Assembly: GCA_035264265.1 (NCBI GenBank)
Contig: DATFQM010000101.1
Coordinates: 1 to 57,197, forward strand
Source: Thermoleophilaceae bacterium
GTDB taxonomy: Bacteria; Actinomycetota; Thermoleophilia; Solirubrobacterales; Thermoleophilaceae
Length of the DNA stretch: 57,197 nt
Direction of reading: 5' to 3'
Part shown: one piece after another, positions 17,603 through 27,224 of the stretch
Layout: each line of letters begins with the position of its first letter
Numbering within the stretch: the stretch's first letter is position 1
Notes under the pieces: model-generated
Told to the model about the DNA's origin: nothing
What the model saw: the letters and a program-made list of their open reading frames with translations, nothing else
The model's database searches: none
Made by a program: the position numbers and the translations under genes

Positions 17603-18030
17603 GTGCTCGACGGCTCTTACGTCGCGCGCCTCCGACGGCTCCCGGACGCGGCGGCGGTGAGCGGCCCCCAGAGGATCGGTTCGGACGACTCCCTCGTCAC
17701 CGAGTGTCGAAGCACGGCGAGATCGAGGACGGCAGCCAGCGGCTCGTGCGTGACATCCGGGCCAAGCATGTGGCGTTCGAGGTCCTCGCCGGAGGTCGCT
17801 CCGCGGAGTTCGTGGACTTCAAGTCGAGCCTTGCCCGGCATCTGGAGATCGCGCTCGCGATCATCGCCCTGGCGACCTTCACGATCCTGTTCCTCATGAC
17901 GGGCTCGGTGGTGCTGCCGCTCAAGGCGCTCGTCATGAACGTCCTCACCCTGAGCGCCACGTCGGCCTGCTGGTGCTCATATTCCAGGACGGACGGCTCG
18001 AGGGCCTGCTCGACTACACGAGCGAGGAGC
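17603..18030 (+). pseudogene. internal remnant of an MMPL/RND-superfamily transporter gene
   Basis: It begins 1 nt after the padR stop. Three frames carry successive MMPL-like pieces: LDGSYVARLRRLPDAAAVSGP.., then GSQRLVRDIRAKHVAFEVLAGGRSAEFVDFKSSLARHLEIALAIIALATFTILFLMTGSVVLPLKALVMNVLTLSAT, then GLLVLIFQDGRLEGLLDYT. Only ~140 of the ~700-1000 residues typical of the family remain. Confidence 0.6.
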
Positions 18031-18036
18031 TCGGCT

Positions 18037-18618
18037 TCAGCGCGGCAGGTTCCCGGTTCGCAGCGCCTCCAGCTGCGCCACGGTGTCGACGTCCTCCCCG
18101 CCGCCCAGGTCGTCGCAGGCCACCTCGCGGGTCTTGACGCTGCGCAGGAGGTTCCGCGCGCCCCGGTCGCCGCTCACGTCCCGTAGCCGTTCGAACATCG
18201 GCCGCTCGAGCAACACGGGATGGCCGGGCTCGCCGCCATAGCTGGCTCGCACGGCCGACACTCCCTCCGCGCGGCCCGCGACCACGCGCCTGATCGCCTC
18301 GACCGACAGGCGAGGCTGGTCCCCCAGCGTTACGACCACGGCCTCGGCGTCGGCGAGCGAGGCAAGGCCGCAGGCAAGCGACGCCGACTGTCCCTCGTCC
18401 CAGCGATCGCAGACCACCGGCGCCGCCCCGTGCAGATCGACCATCCCTAGGATCTCCTCGGCGGCGGCTCCGAGCACCACCACGACCCGCCCGAGCGGGG
18501 CGGCGGCCATGGTCCGCAGCGCGTGCTCGAGGAGCGGCCGGCCCTCCAGCTCGGCCAGCTGCTTGGGCCGACCGAACCGCGTTCCGGCGCCCGCGGCCAG
18601 CACGAGGCCGCCGATCAA
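18037..18618 (-). CDS. mocA: molybdenum cofactor cytidylyltransferase-like nucleotidyltransferase (MocA family)
   Basis: The TTG start overlaps the upstream TGA (TTGA). N-terminal GLVLAAGAGTRFGRPKQL and VTLGDQP motifs. Last gene of the cox-like operon. Confidence 0.85.
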   Translation of the reverse strand: MIGGLVLAAGAGTRFGRPKQLAELEGRPLLEHALRTMAAAPLGRVVVVLGAAAEEILGMVDLHGAAPVVCDRWDEGQSASLACGLASLADAEAVVVTLGDQPRLSVEAIRRVVAGRAEGVSAVRASYGGEPGHPVLLERPMFERLRDVSGDRGARNLLRSVKTREVACDDLGGGEDVDTVAQLEALRTGNLPR

Positions 18619-19376
18619 GCGCCCACCTCGTGGATCCGCCCGCCCGCCTCGGACAGGCGGCCTCCGGCACGTCCGTTGCGCACCGCCACCACTTCGGCGA
18701 GGATCGAGAGCGCGGTCTCCTCCGGGCTCACAGCACCGAGATCAAGTCCGATCGGGGCGGCGATCCGATCGACGAGCTGCTCGTCGAGGCCTGCCTCGAG
18801 CAGCCGCTCGCGCCGGCGGGCCTGGGCCCGGCGGCTTCCCATTGCCCCTACGTAGGGGGCATCCGAGCGCACCGCGATCGAGAGGGCCGCGTCGTCGAGC
18901 TTCGGGTCGTGGGTGAGCACCGCGATGTAGGTGGCGCGGTCGATCCCGCCCAGGCGCCGGAAGGCTTCCTCCGGCCATGCCGCCAGCACTCCCTCCGCCT
19001 CCGGGAAGCGGTCGGCGGTGGCAAACTGAGAGCGCGGGTCGCAGACGTAGGGTCGCCAGCCGGCGGCCCTCGCCAGGCTGGAGAGGGCGGCCGCGTAGTC
19101 GACGGCGCCGAAGATGACGAGCCGCGGCGCCGGCGCAGTGACGTCCACGAACAGCGACGCACCCTGGATCTCGCGCAGCTCGGAGCGCTCGGCCCACATC
19201 AGCTCCTCCGCCTCCTTGCGGGCCGCCCGGTCCAGCGCCTCATCGCCGAGCGTGCCCTCGCTCGTGCCGTCGGCGCGCACCAGCAGCTTGGCCGGCTGCG
19301 GGCCCCCGAGCGCGGTGACGAGCGCGGCGCGGCCGTCCTCTGCCGCGATCCGGGCGAACTCCGCCTGCGCGCTCAA
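18615..19376 (-). CDS. xdhC: XdhC/CoxI family accessory protein, Rossmann-like C-terminal part
   Basis: PRLVIFGAVDYAAALSSLARAAGWRPYVCDPRSQFATADRFPEAE..THDPKLDDAAL..YVGAMGSRR. The only start is TTG 19376, which overlaps the preceding TGA. Confidence 0.8.
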   Translation of the reverse strand: MSAQAEFARIAAEDGRAALVTALGGPQPAKLLVRADGTSEGTLGDEALDRAARKEAEELMWAERSELREIQGASLFVDVTAPAPRLVIFGAVDYAAALSSLARAAGWRPYVCDPRSQFATADRFPEAEGVLAAWPEEAFRRLGGIDRATYIAVLTHDPKLDDAALSIAVRSDAPYVGAMGSRRAQARRRERLLEAGLDEQLVDRIAAPIGLDLGAVSPEETALSILAEVVAVRNGRAGGRLSEAGGRIHEVGA

Positions 19377-19687
19377 CCGCGGTACTCCTCGACGAACACG
19401 TCGATCTCGCCGCCGCAGGGAAGACCCACGTCCCAGGCCTCGGAATCCGCGATCCCGAAGTGCAGCAGCCGGGCGTCCCCGCTCCGCAGGACCTCCTGCG
19501 CGGCGTCCACGACGGCGCCCTCGACGCAGCCGCCGGACACCGCACCGGACACCTCGCCGCGTTCGCTCACGGCCATCTTCGCTCCGGGAGGACGGGGCGC
19601 CGCGCGCCTCACGGCAACCACCGTTGCGATCGCCACGCGATCCCCGCGCTCGGACCAGCTCGTCACGTCCTTGACGATGTCCTTCAT
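19373..19687 (-). CDS. xdhC: XdhC/CoxI family accessory protein, N-terminal domain only (104 aa)
   Basis: MKDIVKDVTSWSERGDRVAIATVVAVRRAAPRPPGAKMAVSERGEVSGAVSGGCVEGAVV..GLPCGGEIDVFVE is the XdhC_CoxI N-domain signature. ATGA overlap with the coxE stop. Confidence 0.8.
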   Translation of the reverse strand: MKDIVKDVTSWSERGDRVAIATVVAVRRAAPRPPGAKMAVSERGEVSGAVSGGCVEGAVVDAAQEVLRSGDARLLHFGIADSEAWDVGLPCGGEIDVFVEEYRG

Positions 19688-20883
19688 CTGTCTCCTTCCG
19701 CCGCAGCATTCCCACGATTCACAGACGCCAAGCCGCCCTCGAGCAGTCCTGCCAGCTGCTCGAGCGAGGCGAGCGAGTTGCCCGCCAGGAAGTCGTCCAC
19801 GGAGGGCAGGGCGGCCCGCATGCCGCGGGTCAGCGGCTCGTACTCGGGGTGGGCCTTGAGCGGGTTGAGCCACACGAGCCGCTGGGCGCAGCGGTGCAGC
19901 CGCGACATCTCGGCCGCGAGCTGGTCGGCGTCGCCGCGGTCCCAGCCGTCCGATAGGACGACCACCACGGCCCCGCGCCCTAGGCGGCGCCCGTGCTCAC
20001 GGTTGAGCGCGGCCAGCGCCTCGCCCATGCGGGTGCCGCCCGACCAGTCGGCCGCGGCTCCCGCCGCCCGCTCGAGCGCCCGGTCGGGGTCGCGGCCCCT
20101 CAGCTCCCGCGTTACCCGCGTCAGTCTCGTGCCGAATACGAAAGCCTCCACGCGTCGCCGAGCGGCGACGCAGGCGTGCATGTACTGGAGCAGCATCCGT
20201 GCGTAGGGCTCCATCGACCCCGAGACGTCGCAGACGAACACCAGCGGGCGCTGCCCCTCGGCCCGTTTGCGCCAGTGGCGCTCGACCGGCTCGCCGCCGT
20301 GGCGGAGGGAGGCGCGAACCGTGCGGCGCAGGTCCGGCCGCGAGGCGTGCGGCTGCGCGCCGCGCCGAGCGGAAGCCCGCGTGCGCCTGCTGGCGCGCCG
20401 CGGGCCGCGGTGCGCGAGCGCATTCATGATGCCTCGCGCCAGGCGGCGCTCCTCCTCGGTGTAGTCGGCGAAGTCCTTGTCGCGCAGGAGCTCCACGTCG
20501 CTCCAGGCGGCCGGACGCAGCTCGGCGTCGCCCTCCACGATCTCCTCGCGCCGCGGGATCGCCACGCGAGGCAGCACGAGTGAGGCGACCCCCGCAAGCG
20601 GCTCGGGCGCCGCCTGCGCGGCCGCCGGTGCGGAGAACCCGGCCTCGAACGCGGCGTCGAACACGGGCAAATCCTCCCGGCGCGAGCAGAGCGCCGCCCG
20701 GAGCGCGAAGTAGGCGGAGTCCCGGTCCGCCGGATCGACTGCGCCCAGCACCCGGTGCGCGGAGAGAAGCTCGTCGACGCCGACCCTGGGACCTCCGGCC
20801 CGCATGGCGGCGACCAGCAGGACGAGCCTCGCAGTGAGGCGAGCCCCTGGCGACTGGTGACTGGCGACTGGCGACTCAGACAC
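19684..20883 (-). CDS. coxE: VWA domain protein, CoxE-like
   Basis: MIDAS motif VFVCDVSGSM, then ..VVVVLSDGWDRGD and WLNPL. The preferred start GTG 20883 overlaps the coxD stop by 8 nt (GTGTCTGA). The more upstream ATG 20955 would overlap coxD by 80 nt. Confidence 0.85.
   Translation of the reverse strand: MSESPVASHQSPGARLTARLVLLVAAMRAGGPRVGVDELLSAHRVLGAVDPADRDSAYFALRAALCSRREDLPVFDAAFEAGFSAPAAAQAAPEPLAGVASLVLPRVAIPRREEIVEGDAELRPAAWSDVELLRDKDFADYTEEERRLARGIMNALAHRGPRRASRRTRASARRGAQPHASRPDLRRTVRASLRHGGEPVERHWRKRAEGQRPLVFVCDVSGSMEPYARMLLQYMHACVAARRRVEAFVFGTRLTRVTRELRGRDPDRALERAAGAAADWSGGTRMGEALAALNREHGRRLGRGAVVVVLSDGWDRGDADQLAAEMSRLHRCAQRLVWLNPLKAHPEYEPLTRGMRAALPSVDDFLAGNSLASLEQLAGLLEGGLASVNRGNAAAEGDR
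20848..20875. repeat. tandem heptanucleotide repeat (TGGCGAC)x4, one copy TGGTGAC
   Basis: Read directly: TGGCGAC 20848-54, TGGTGAC 20855-61, TGGCGAC 20862-68, TGGCGAC 20869-75. It abuts the coxD stop codon (20876-78) and forms codons 3-12 of coxE. Confidence 0.9.
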
Positions 20884-21700
20884 CGTGCAGCACCCCCCGC
20901 TCGCGCACATGCTCGATGTCCTCGCGCACCTTGAGCGCCACACCGAGCGTTCCATCGAGATTGGCCTCGTCCAGGGCCAGCAGCGCCTGCGCCCACGCGA
21001 TCGTCTCGCCTACGCCGGGGAGCTTGTAGAGCTCCTCGGCGCGGAGCCGGGCCACCGCCTCGCAGACGCGGTCCGCCACGGCGTCGGCCACCCCGGGCAG
21101 CCGGGCGTGGACGATCTCTGCCTCTCGCTCGGGAGTCGGGTAGTCGATCCAGTGGTAGAGGCAGCGGCGCTTGAGCGCATCGTGCAGCTCGCGGGTGCGA
21201 TTCGAGGTGATCACGACCAGCGGGCGCCGGCGTGCCCGCACGGTGCCGAGCTCCGGGATAGACACCTGGAAGTCGGACAGGAACTCGAGCAGGAAGGCCT
21301 CGAACTCGTCGTCGGAGCGGTCCACCTCATCGATCAGGAGCACGAGCGGGTCCTCGGCCTCGAGCGCCTCCAGCAGCGGTCGGCGCAGGAGAAAGCGGTC
21401 GGAGTAGAGCTGCAACTCGTCACCCGCTCGGAGATGGAGCAGCTGGCGCGCGTAGTCCCAGTCGTAGAGGGCGTGGTGGACGTCGATTCCCTCGTGACAC
21501 TGCAGGCGAATGAGCCGCGCGTCCGCGGCGCCCGCAAGCGCCTTTGCGACCTCTGTCTTGCCCACGCCCGCCTCGCCCTCGACGAGAAGTGGCTGCTCCA
21601 GCTCGGCCGCCAGGTAGACAGCCGTCGCCAGGCCGCGATCGGCCAAGTAGCGCTGGCCCGCGAGGGCGTTGCGGACCGCCTCCGGATCGTCGAAGCGCAC
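20876..21700 (-). CDS. coxD: MoxR-type AAA+ ATPase, CoxD-like
   Basis: Walker A GEAGVGKT, Walker B LVLLIDEVDR, and sensor region VVITSNRTRELHDALKRRC. GTG start at 21700. Confidence 0.9.
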   Translation of the reverse strand: MRFDDPEAVRNALAGQRYLADRGLATAVYLAAELEQPLLVEGEAGVGKTEVAKALAGAADARLIRLQCHEGIDVHHALYDWDYARQLLHLRAGDELQLYSDRFLLRRPLLEALEAEDPLVLLIDEVDRSDDEFEAFLLEFLSDFQVSIPELGTVRARRRPLVVITSNRTRELHDALKRRCLYHWIDYPTPEREAEIVHARLPGVADAVADRVCEAVARLRAEELYKLPGVGETIAWAQALLALDEANLDGTLGVALKVREDIEHVRERGVLHGV

Positions 21701-21710
21701 GTGACGGAGG

Positions 21711-22553
21711 CTAGACGCCCGCCGCCTGCTGCAGCGCCCTCCGCGTGAGCACCCGCGCCAGGTGGCGCTTGTAGTCCGGCGTGGCGTTGATGTCGCCCGG
21801 CGGGTTGGTCCCCTCCGCGGCCTGCTCGGCCGCCTGCGAGACGTGCTCGGCGTCGAGCGGCTGGCCGCGGAGCGCCTCCTCGGCCGCGCTCGCCCGCAAC
21901 GGCACGGATCCCATGTGCGTCAGCCCGATGCGCACGTCCTCGCAGCTCTCTCCGGACGCCTTGACCAGGGCACAGACGCCGACCATCGCCCAGTCCTCCG
22001 AGCGGCGGTTGAACTTCTCGTAGCCCCACGACCAGCCGTCGAGCGCGGGCAGCCGCACCTCGGTCAGGACCTCGTCGGGCGCGAGCGCGGTGGTCAGGTA
22101 GTCCTGGAACAGATCGCTCGCGGGAATCGTTCGCTCGCCGCCGGGGCCGCGCGCCGTCACCTCGCCCCCGCAGGCCAGCAGGACGGCGGGGAGGTCGGCA
22201 GCGGGGTCGCCGTGCGCGAGGGAGCCGCCGATCGTGCCGCGGTTGCGCACCTGCTGGTCGGCGATCAGCGACGCAGCGCGCGCGACCACCCCCAGCTCGT
22301 CCGTCGACTGGAGCGTGGAGTGTGTGGTCAGCGCTCCGATCCACCAGCCGCCGTTCTCGCGCTCGACCCCGCGCAGGTCCTCCAGCCCTCCGATGTCGAC
22401 CAGGAGGCTCGGCACCGCGAGGCGGAGCTTCATCAGCGGCAGCAGCGAGTGGCCGCCGGCCAGGAGCCTGGCGTCCTCGCCGGCATCGGCGAGCGCCTTG
22501 ACAGCCTCGTCGACGGCAGCCGGCTTCGTGTAGTCGAAGTCGGCGGGAATCAC
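21711..22553 (-). CDS. coxM: FAD-binding medium subunit of a xanthine-dehydrogenase-family molybdoenzyme (CoxM-like)
   Basis: GTG 22553 overlaps the coxL TGA (GTGA). Sequence [56 protein letters not shown]. Confidence 0.9.
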   Translation of the reverse strand: MIPADFDYTKPAAVDEAVKALADAGEDARLLAGGHSLLPLMKLRLAVPSLLVDIGGLEDLRGVERENGGWWIGALTTHSTLQSTDELGVVARAASLIADQQVRNRGTIGGSLAHGDPAADLPAVLLACGGEVTARGPGGERTIPASDLFQDYLTTALAPDEVLTEVRLPALDGWSWGYEKFNRRSEDWAMVGVCALVKASGESCEDVRIGLTHMGSVPLRASAAEEALRGQPLDAEHVSQAAEQAAEGTNPPGDINATPDYKRHLARVLTRRALQQAAGV

Positions 22554-25020
22554 GACGCACCTGCTTCCTCGGGACCGGTCGGGCCGCTGCCGGCACCGCC
22601 ACCGCCGTGCTCCGAGACCTCCTGACCCTGCTCGGTCGGGGGTGGGCCCGCCCCCCGGCCGCGCGCCTCCTTGAGCGCCTCCCAGACGCGCCTCGGGGTC
22701 AGCGGCATCTCGAGCCACTCGACCCCGAGCGGGCGCAGGGCGTCGAGCACGGCCGCCGTCACTGCCGGCGTGGCGCCGATCGTGCCCGCCTCGCCGACGC
22801 CCTTCACGCCGAGCGAGTTGACCGGCGATGGCGTCTCGGTGCGATCGGTCTCGATGCCTGGCAGCTCGGCGGCCGTGGGCAGGGCGTAGTCCACGAACGT
22901 GCCGGTGACGAGCTGGCCCTCGGAGTCGTACACCACCTGCTCGTAGAGCGCCTGGCCGATGGCGTGAACCACCCCGCCCTGAATCTGGCCGTCGATCAGC
23001 TTCGGGTTGATGGCGGGGCCGCAGTCGTCGACCGCGACGTAGCGGACGACACTTACCTTGCCGGTCTCGGCGTCGACATCCACCACGCAGGCGTGGGCGC
23101 CGAAGGGGTAGACGAAGTTCTCCGGGTCGAAGAACGCGGTCTCCTCGAGTCCCGGTTCGATGTCGGTTGGCAGCTCCTGCGGAGGGATGTGCGCCGCGCC
23201 GGCGATGTCGGCCATCGTCATCGACTTGTCCGGCGAGCCGCGCACCTGGAACTTCCCGTCCGCCATCTCGATGTCCTCGGGCGCGGCCTCTAGCAGGGCG
23301 GCGCAGATCCGCTTGGCCTTCTCCTGGACCTTCTCCGCCGCCCGAGCCACCGCCTCGCCCCCCACCGCCAGCGCGCGCGAGCCGTAGGTGCCCCAGCCCC
23401 AGGGCCCCTGGTCGGTGTCGCCGTGGATGACATCGACGTTCTGGGGATCGACCCCGAGCCGGTCGGCCGCTATCTGGGCGAAGCTCGTGTCGTGGCCCTG
23501 CCCGTGGGGAGAGGCGCCGGTGAAAACCGTCGCCGACCCGGTCGGGTGCACCCGGACCATGGCCGACTCCCAGTACGCGGCATGAAGTCCCACTCCCTTC
23601 GGGCCAACCGCCCGCGAGGGTGCCAACCCGCACACCTCGACGTAGGTCGAGAACCCCACCCCCCGGTAGACGCCCCTCCCCCCCAGCTCCGCCTGCTCGC
23701 GCCGGAACGCATCGACGTCGAAACGCTCGAGCAGCTTGTCCAGCGTGCCGTGGTAGTCGCCCGAGTCGTAGGTGATGCCGAGCGGGGTGTCGTAAGGGAA
23801 CTCCTCCCTCGGGATGAAGTTCTTGCGCCGCAGGTCGATCGGATCCATGCCCAGCTCACGGGCGAGCTTGTCAACGGTCAGCTCGATCCAGTAGGTGGCC
23901 TCCGGCCGCCCGGCGCCTCGAATCGCGTCCGTGCAGAACTTGTTGGTGAAGACGCCCTCGATCGTGATGTCGATCGCGGGGATCTTGTAGGCGCCGCCCA
24001 TAACCGGGAATCCGAGCGTCGGGATGAACGTCGTAAGAAGCATCTGGTAGGCGCCAAGGTCCGCGACCGTCCGCACCTTCAGGCCCGTGAGCGTCCCGTC
24101 GCGCTTCGCGCCCAGGGTCACGTAGTTCACCTGGTCCCGCCCGTGATGGGTGGTGGTCATGTTCTCCGAGCGGGACTCCGTCCACTTCACGGGCCGCCCG
24201 AGCCGCTTGGCGAGGGCGAGCACCAAGGCCTCCTCGGGATAGACCTGGAGCTTGGTTCCGAAGCCGCCGCCCACCTCGGGCGCGATCACTCGCAGCTTGT
24301 CCTCCGAGACGCCGAGCACGCCGGACAGCACGAAGCGCGCAATGTGCGGGATCTGCGTCGACGAGTAGAGCGTGAGGCTGTCGCCCCGGAGCTCGCCGAT
24401 CGCCCCGCGAGGCTCGATGGGAGCACCGGCGGTGCGGTGGTTGACGAAGCGCTGCTCGACAGTGACGTCCGCCTCCGCGAGCGCGGCCTCGATGTCGCCG
24501 CCGGAGACCGTCCATTCGTGCGTCCGGTTCGTCCCGAACTCATCCCACACGAGCGGCGAGCCCTCCTGGAGAGCCTTCTCCGGGTCGACGACGACCGGCC
24601 TCGGCTCGTAGTCGACGACCACGTCCTCGACCGCGTCGGCCGCCGCGTAGCGGCCGTCGGCCACCACCACGGCCACCGCCTCGCCGACGTGCTTTACCTG
24701 GCTGCGGCTGAGCGGCCAAAGCGGAGGCGTGTTCATCTCCACTCCCGGGGGATGCCAGACGGCCGCCATCGGCCCGGGGAAGTCGTCCGCCAGGTCCTCG
24801 CCGGTGAAGACGGCGACCACGCCCGGTCGCTCCCGGGCGGCCGAGGCGTCGATCGAGGTGATCGTCGCGTGCGCCTCGGGCGAGCGGACGATCTCGGCAT
24901 ACAGCATGCCGGGAAGGGCGATGTCGTCCACATAGCGCGCCCCGCCGGTGATCATGCGGGGGTCCTCCTTGCGCTTCATCGCCTGGCCGACGTAGCCCGT
25001 GCCTGGGGTCTCGACGGTGC

Positions 25021-25024
<4 letters not shown>
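22550..25024 (-). CDS. coxL: molybdopterin-binding large subunit, aerobic CO-dehydrogenase-like (form-II-like, not form I)
   Basis: ATG 25024 overlaps the coxS TGA (ATGA). 824 aa. N-terminus [23 protein letters not shown]. The active-site loop reads [11 protein letters not shown] (23906-23926 codes AIRGAGR). There is an unusual ~45-aa Gly/Pro-rich C-terminal tail. Confidence 0.9.
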
Positions 25025-25500
<476 letters not shown>

Positions 25501-25587
25501 CTCTCCTCCTCCACTTTCGTGCCCTCGTCCGTAGTTCTACTCCCCTGCGGCGCCTCCGAGGAAACAGCGGATATCCTGGCCGGCGGC

Positions 25588-26421
25588 ATGCGGGTGACAA
25601 CGCGCGACTTCCACTTCCGAGGCCACCGGCTCGTGTTCGACGAGTACGGGGTGGGTGATCGCCCGGTGGTGCTCCTGCCGGGCCTCTTGTTCTCCCGCAA
25701 GATGCACCGCCCCCTGGCGGAGCAGCTGGCCGAGCGGGGGCACCGGGTCCTCTGCCTGGATCTGCTGGGCCACGGCGAATCGGACCGGCCGTCCGAGATG
25801 TTCGAGTACTCGATGACGATCTTCGGCGAGCAGGCGATCGGCCTTCTCGACCACCTTCAGATCGAGCAGGCCGTCATCGGCGGTACGTCGCTCGGCGCCA
25901 ACGTGACGCTGGAGGCCGCCGCCAGGGCGCCCGAGCGCGCCAAGGGCCTGATCGTCGAGATGCCGGTCCTGGACAACGCGCTCCTCGGCTGTGCCCTCGC
26001 CTTCACACCCATGCTGGTCGCGCTCACCTTCGGCGCCCCGCTCGTGCGGGTCGGCTCGCGCCTGGCGAGCATGGTTCCGCGCGGCGCGAGCCAGTTGAGC
26101 GACATGCTGCTCGACTGGGTGAGCCAGGATCCCAAGCCGTCCGCCTCCGTGCTGCAGGGCCTCTTCTTCGGCCGCGCCGCACCCCCCACCTCGGAGCGCC
26201 GGAAGATGCGCCACAAGGCGCTCGTGATCGGCCACCCGCGCGACCCCGTGCACCCCTTCTCGGACTCGGACATGCTGGTCCGGGAGCTGCCGAATGCCCG
26301 CCTGGTGGAGGCCAGCTCGATCCTCGAGCTACGGCTCCAGCCCGAGCGCCTGACCGGCGAGATCGTGGGCTTCGTCGAGGACTGCTTCGAGCCGGTCACG
26401 ACCCTCCGCCGCTCGGCCTGA
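25588..26421 (+). CDS. alpha/beta hydrolase
   Basis: ATG 25588. Sequence VVLLPGLLFS..LDLLGHGESD and nucleophile elbow GGTSLGAN. Divergent from coxS. Confidence 0.85.
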   Translation: MRVTTRDFHFRGHRLVFDEYGVGDRPVVLLPGLLFSRKMHRPLAEQLAERGHRVLCLDLLGHGESDRPSEMFEYSMTIFGEQAIGLLDHLQIEQAVIGGTSLGANVTLEAAARAPERAKGLIVEMPVLDNALLGCALAFTPMLVALTFGAPLVRVGSRLASMVPRGASQLSDMLLDWVSQDPKPSASVLQGLFFGRAAPPTSERRKMRHKALVIGHPRDPVHPFSDSDMLVRELPNARLVEASSILELRLQPERLTGEIVGFVEDCFEPVTTLRRSA

Positions 26422-26445
26422 ACCCGCCCACTACGCTTCGGGAGC

Positions 26446-27165
26446 GTGGCCAGCCGCAAGGAGCAGAAGGAGGCGCTACGACGCGAGCGCGAGGCACGCG
26501 AGAGGGCAGCGAAGGAAGCCGAGCGTCGCAGGCGGCTGTTGGGTTACGGGACCGCTGGGGGCTTGGTGGCGGTCGCGCTGGCCGTGGTCGTGGTCCTGCT
26601 GCTCGCCGGCCGCGGGAATGGCGGAACCGATAGGGCCAGCGCCACGCTGCTGCCCGACGGCGGGAGCGTGCCCGACGTGAAGACCACCGACCTGTCCCAG
26701 GCCGCCAAGGCGGCCGGCTGCGAGATGAAGAGCTTCCGGGCGACCAGCCGCGGCCACACCGGCAATCCGAACGAGAAGATCCGCTACAGCTCCAACCCTC
26801 CTACCTCGGGCAAGCACTACCAGTTCCCCGCCGACGACGGCGCCTACGGCAAGGCGCCCCACGACACCGAGGTCGTGCACGCCGAGGAGCACGGCCGCGT
26901 GATCATCTGGTTCAAGCCCTCGCTGCCCGAGAGCACCCGGGCCGACCTCAAGGCCCTCTTCGACGACCAGAAGGGCTACCAGCTGCTGCTGGTCCCGAGG
27001 AGCAACATGTCCTACCAGGTGGCGGCGACCGCCTGGAACTCGGCCCCCGAGCCGCTCGGCACCGGACGCCTGTTGGGCTGCCCCTCCGTCAAGGCCGAGA
27101 CCTGGGACGCGCTCCAGGACTTCATCGAGGAGAACCGGGGTAACGGGCCGGAGCCGGTGCCGTAG
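26446..27165 (+). CDS. DUF3105-like membrane-anchored protein
   Basis: Lys/Arg/Glu-rich N-terminus, TM helix GGLVAVALAVVVVLLLAG, then NPPTSGKHY..VVHAEEHGRVIIWF, as recalled for DUF3105. Confidence 0.75.
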   Translation: MASRKEQKEALRREREARERAAKEAERRRRLLGYGTAGGLVAVALAVVVVLLLAGRGNGGTDRASATLLPDGGSVPDVKTTDLSQAAKAAGCEMKSFRATSRGHTGNPNEKIRYSSNPPTSGKHYQFPADDGAYGKAPHDTEVVHAEEHGRVIIWFKPSLPESTRADLKALFDDQKGYQLLLVPRSNMSYQVAATAWNSAPEPLGTGRLLGCPSVKAETWDALQDFIEENRGNGPEPVP

Positions 27166-27171
27166 GACCGC

Positions 27172-27203
27172 GGGCGCCCGTCGCGGGACCGCAACGGGCG
27201 CCC
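27172..27203 (+). terminator. GC-rich hairpin downstream of the DUF3105 gene (possible intrinsic terminator, no U-tract)
   Basis: A perfect 10-bp stem, GGGCGCCCGT (27172-27181) with ACGGGCGCCC (27194-27203), and a 12-nt loop. It begins 7 nt after the stop. No T-run follows. Confidence 0.35.
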
Positions 27204-27224
27204 TGGCAGAGTGTTCCCGCTGGA

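Noticed and set aside
19684-21700. The MoxR AAA+ ATPase plus VWA protein pair, considered as a stand-alone system (such pairs occur in various stress and defence contexts).
   Set aside because: The pair is sandwiched between coxM and xdhC/mocA with overlapping start/stop codons. This is the standard CoxD/CoxE maturation context, and nothing indicates an independent system.
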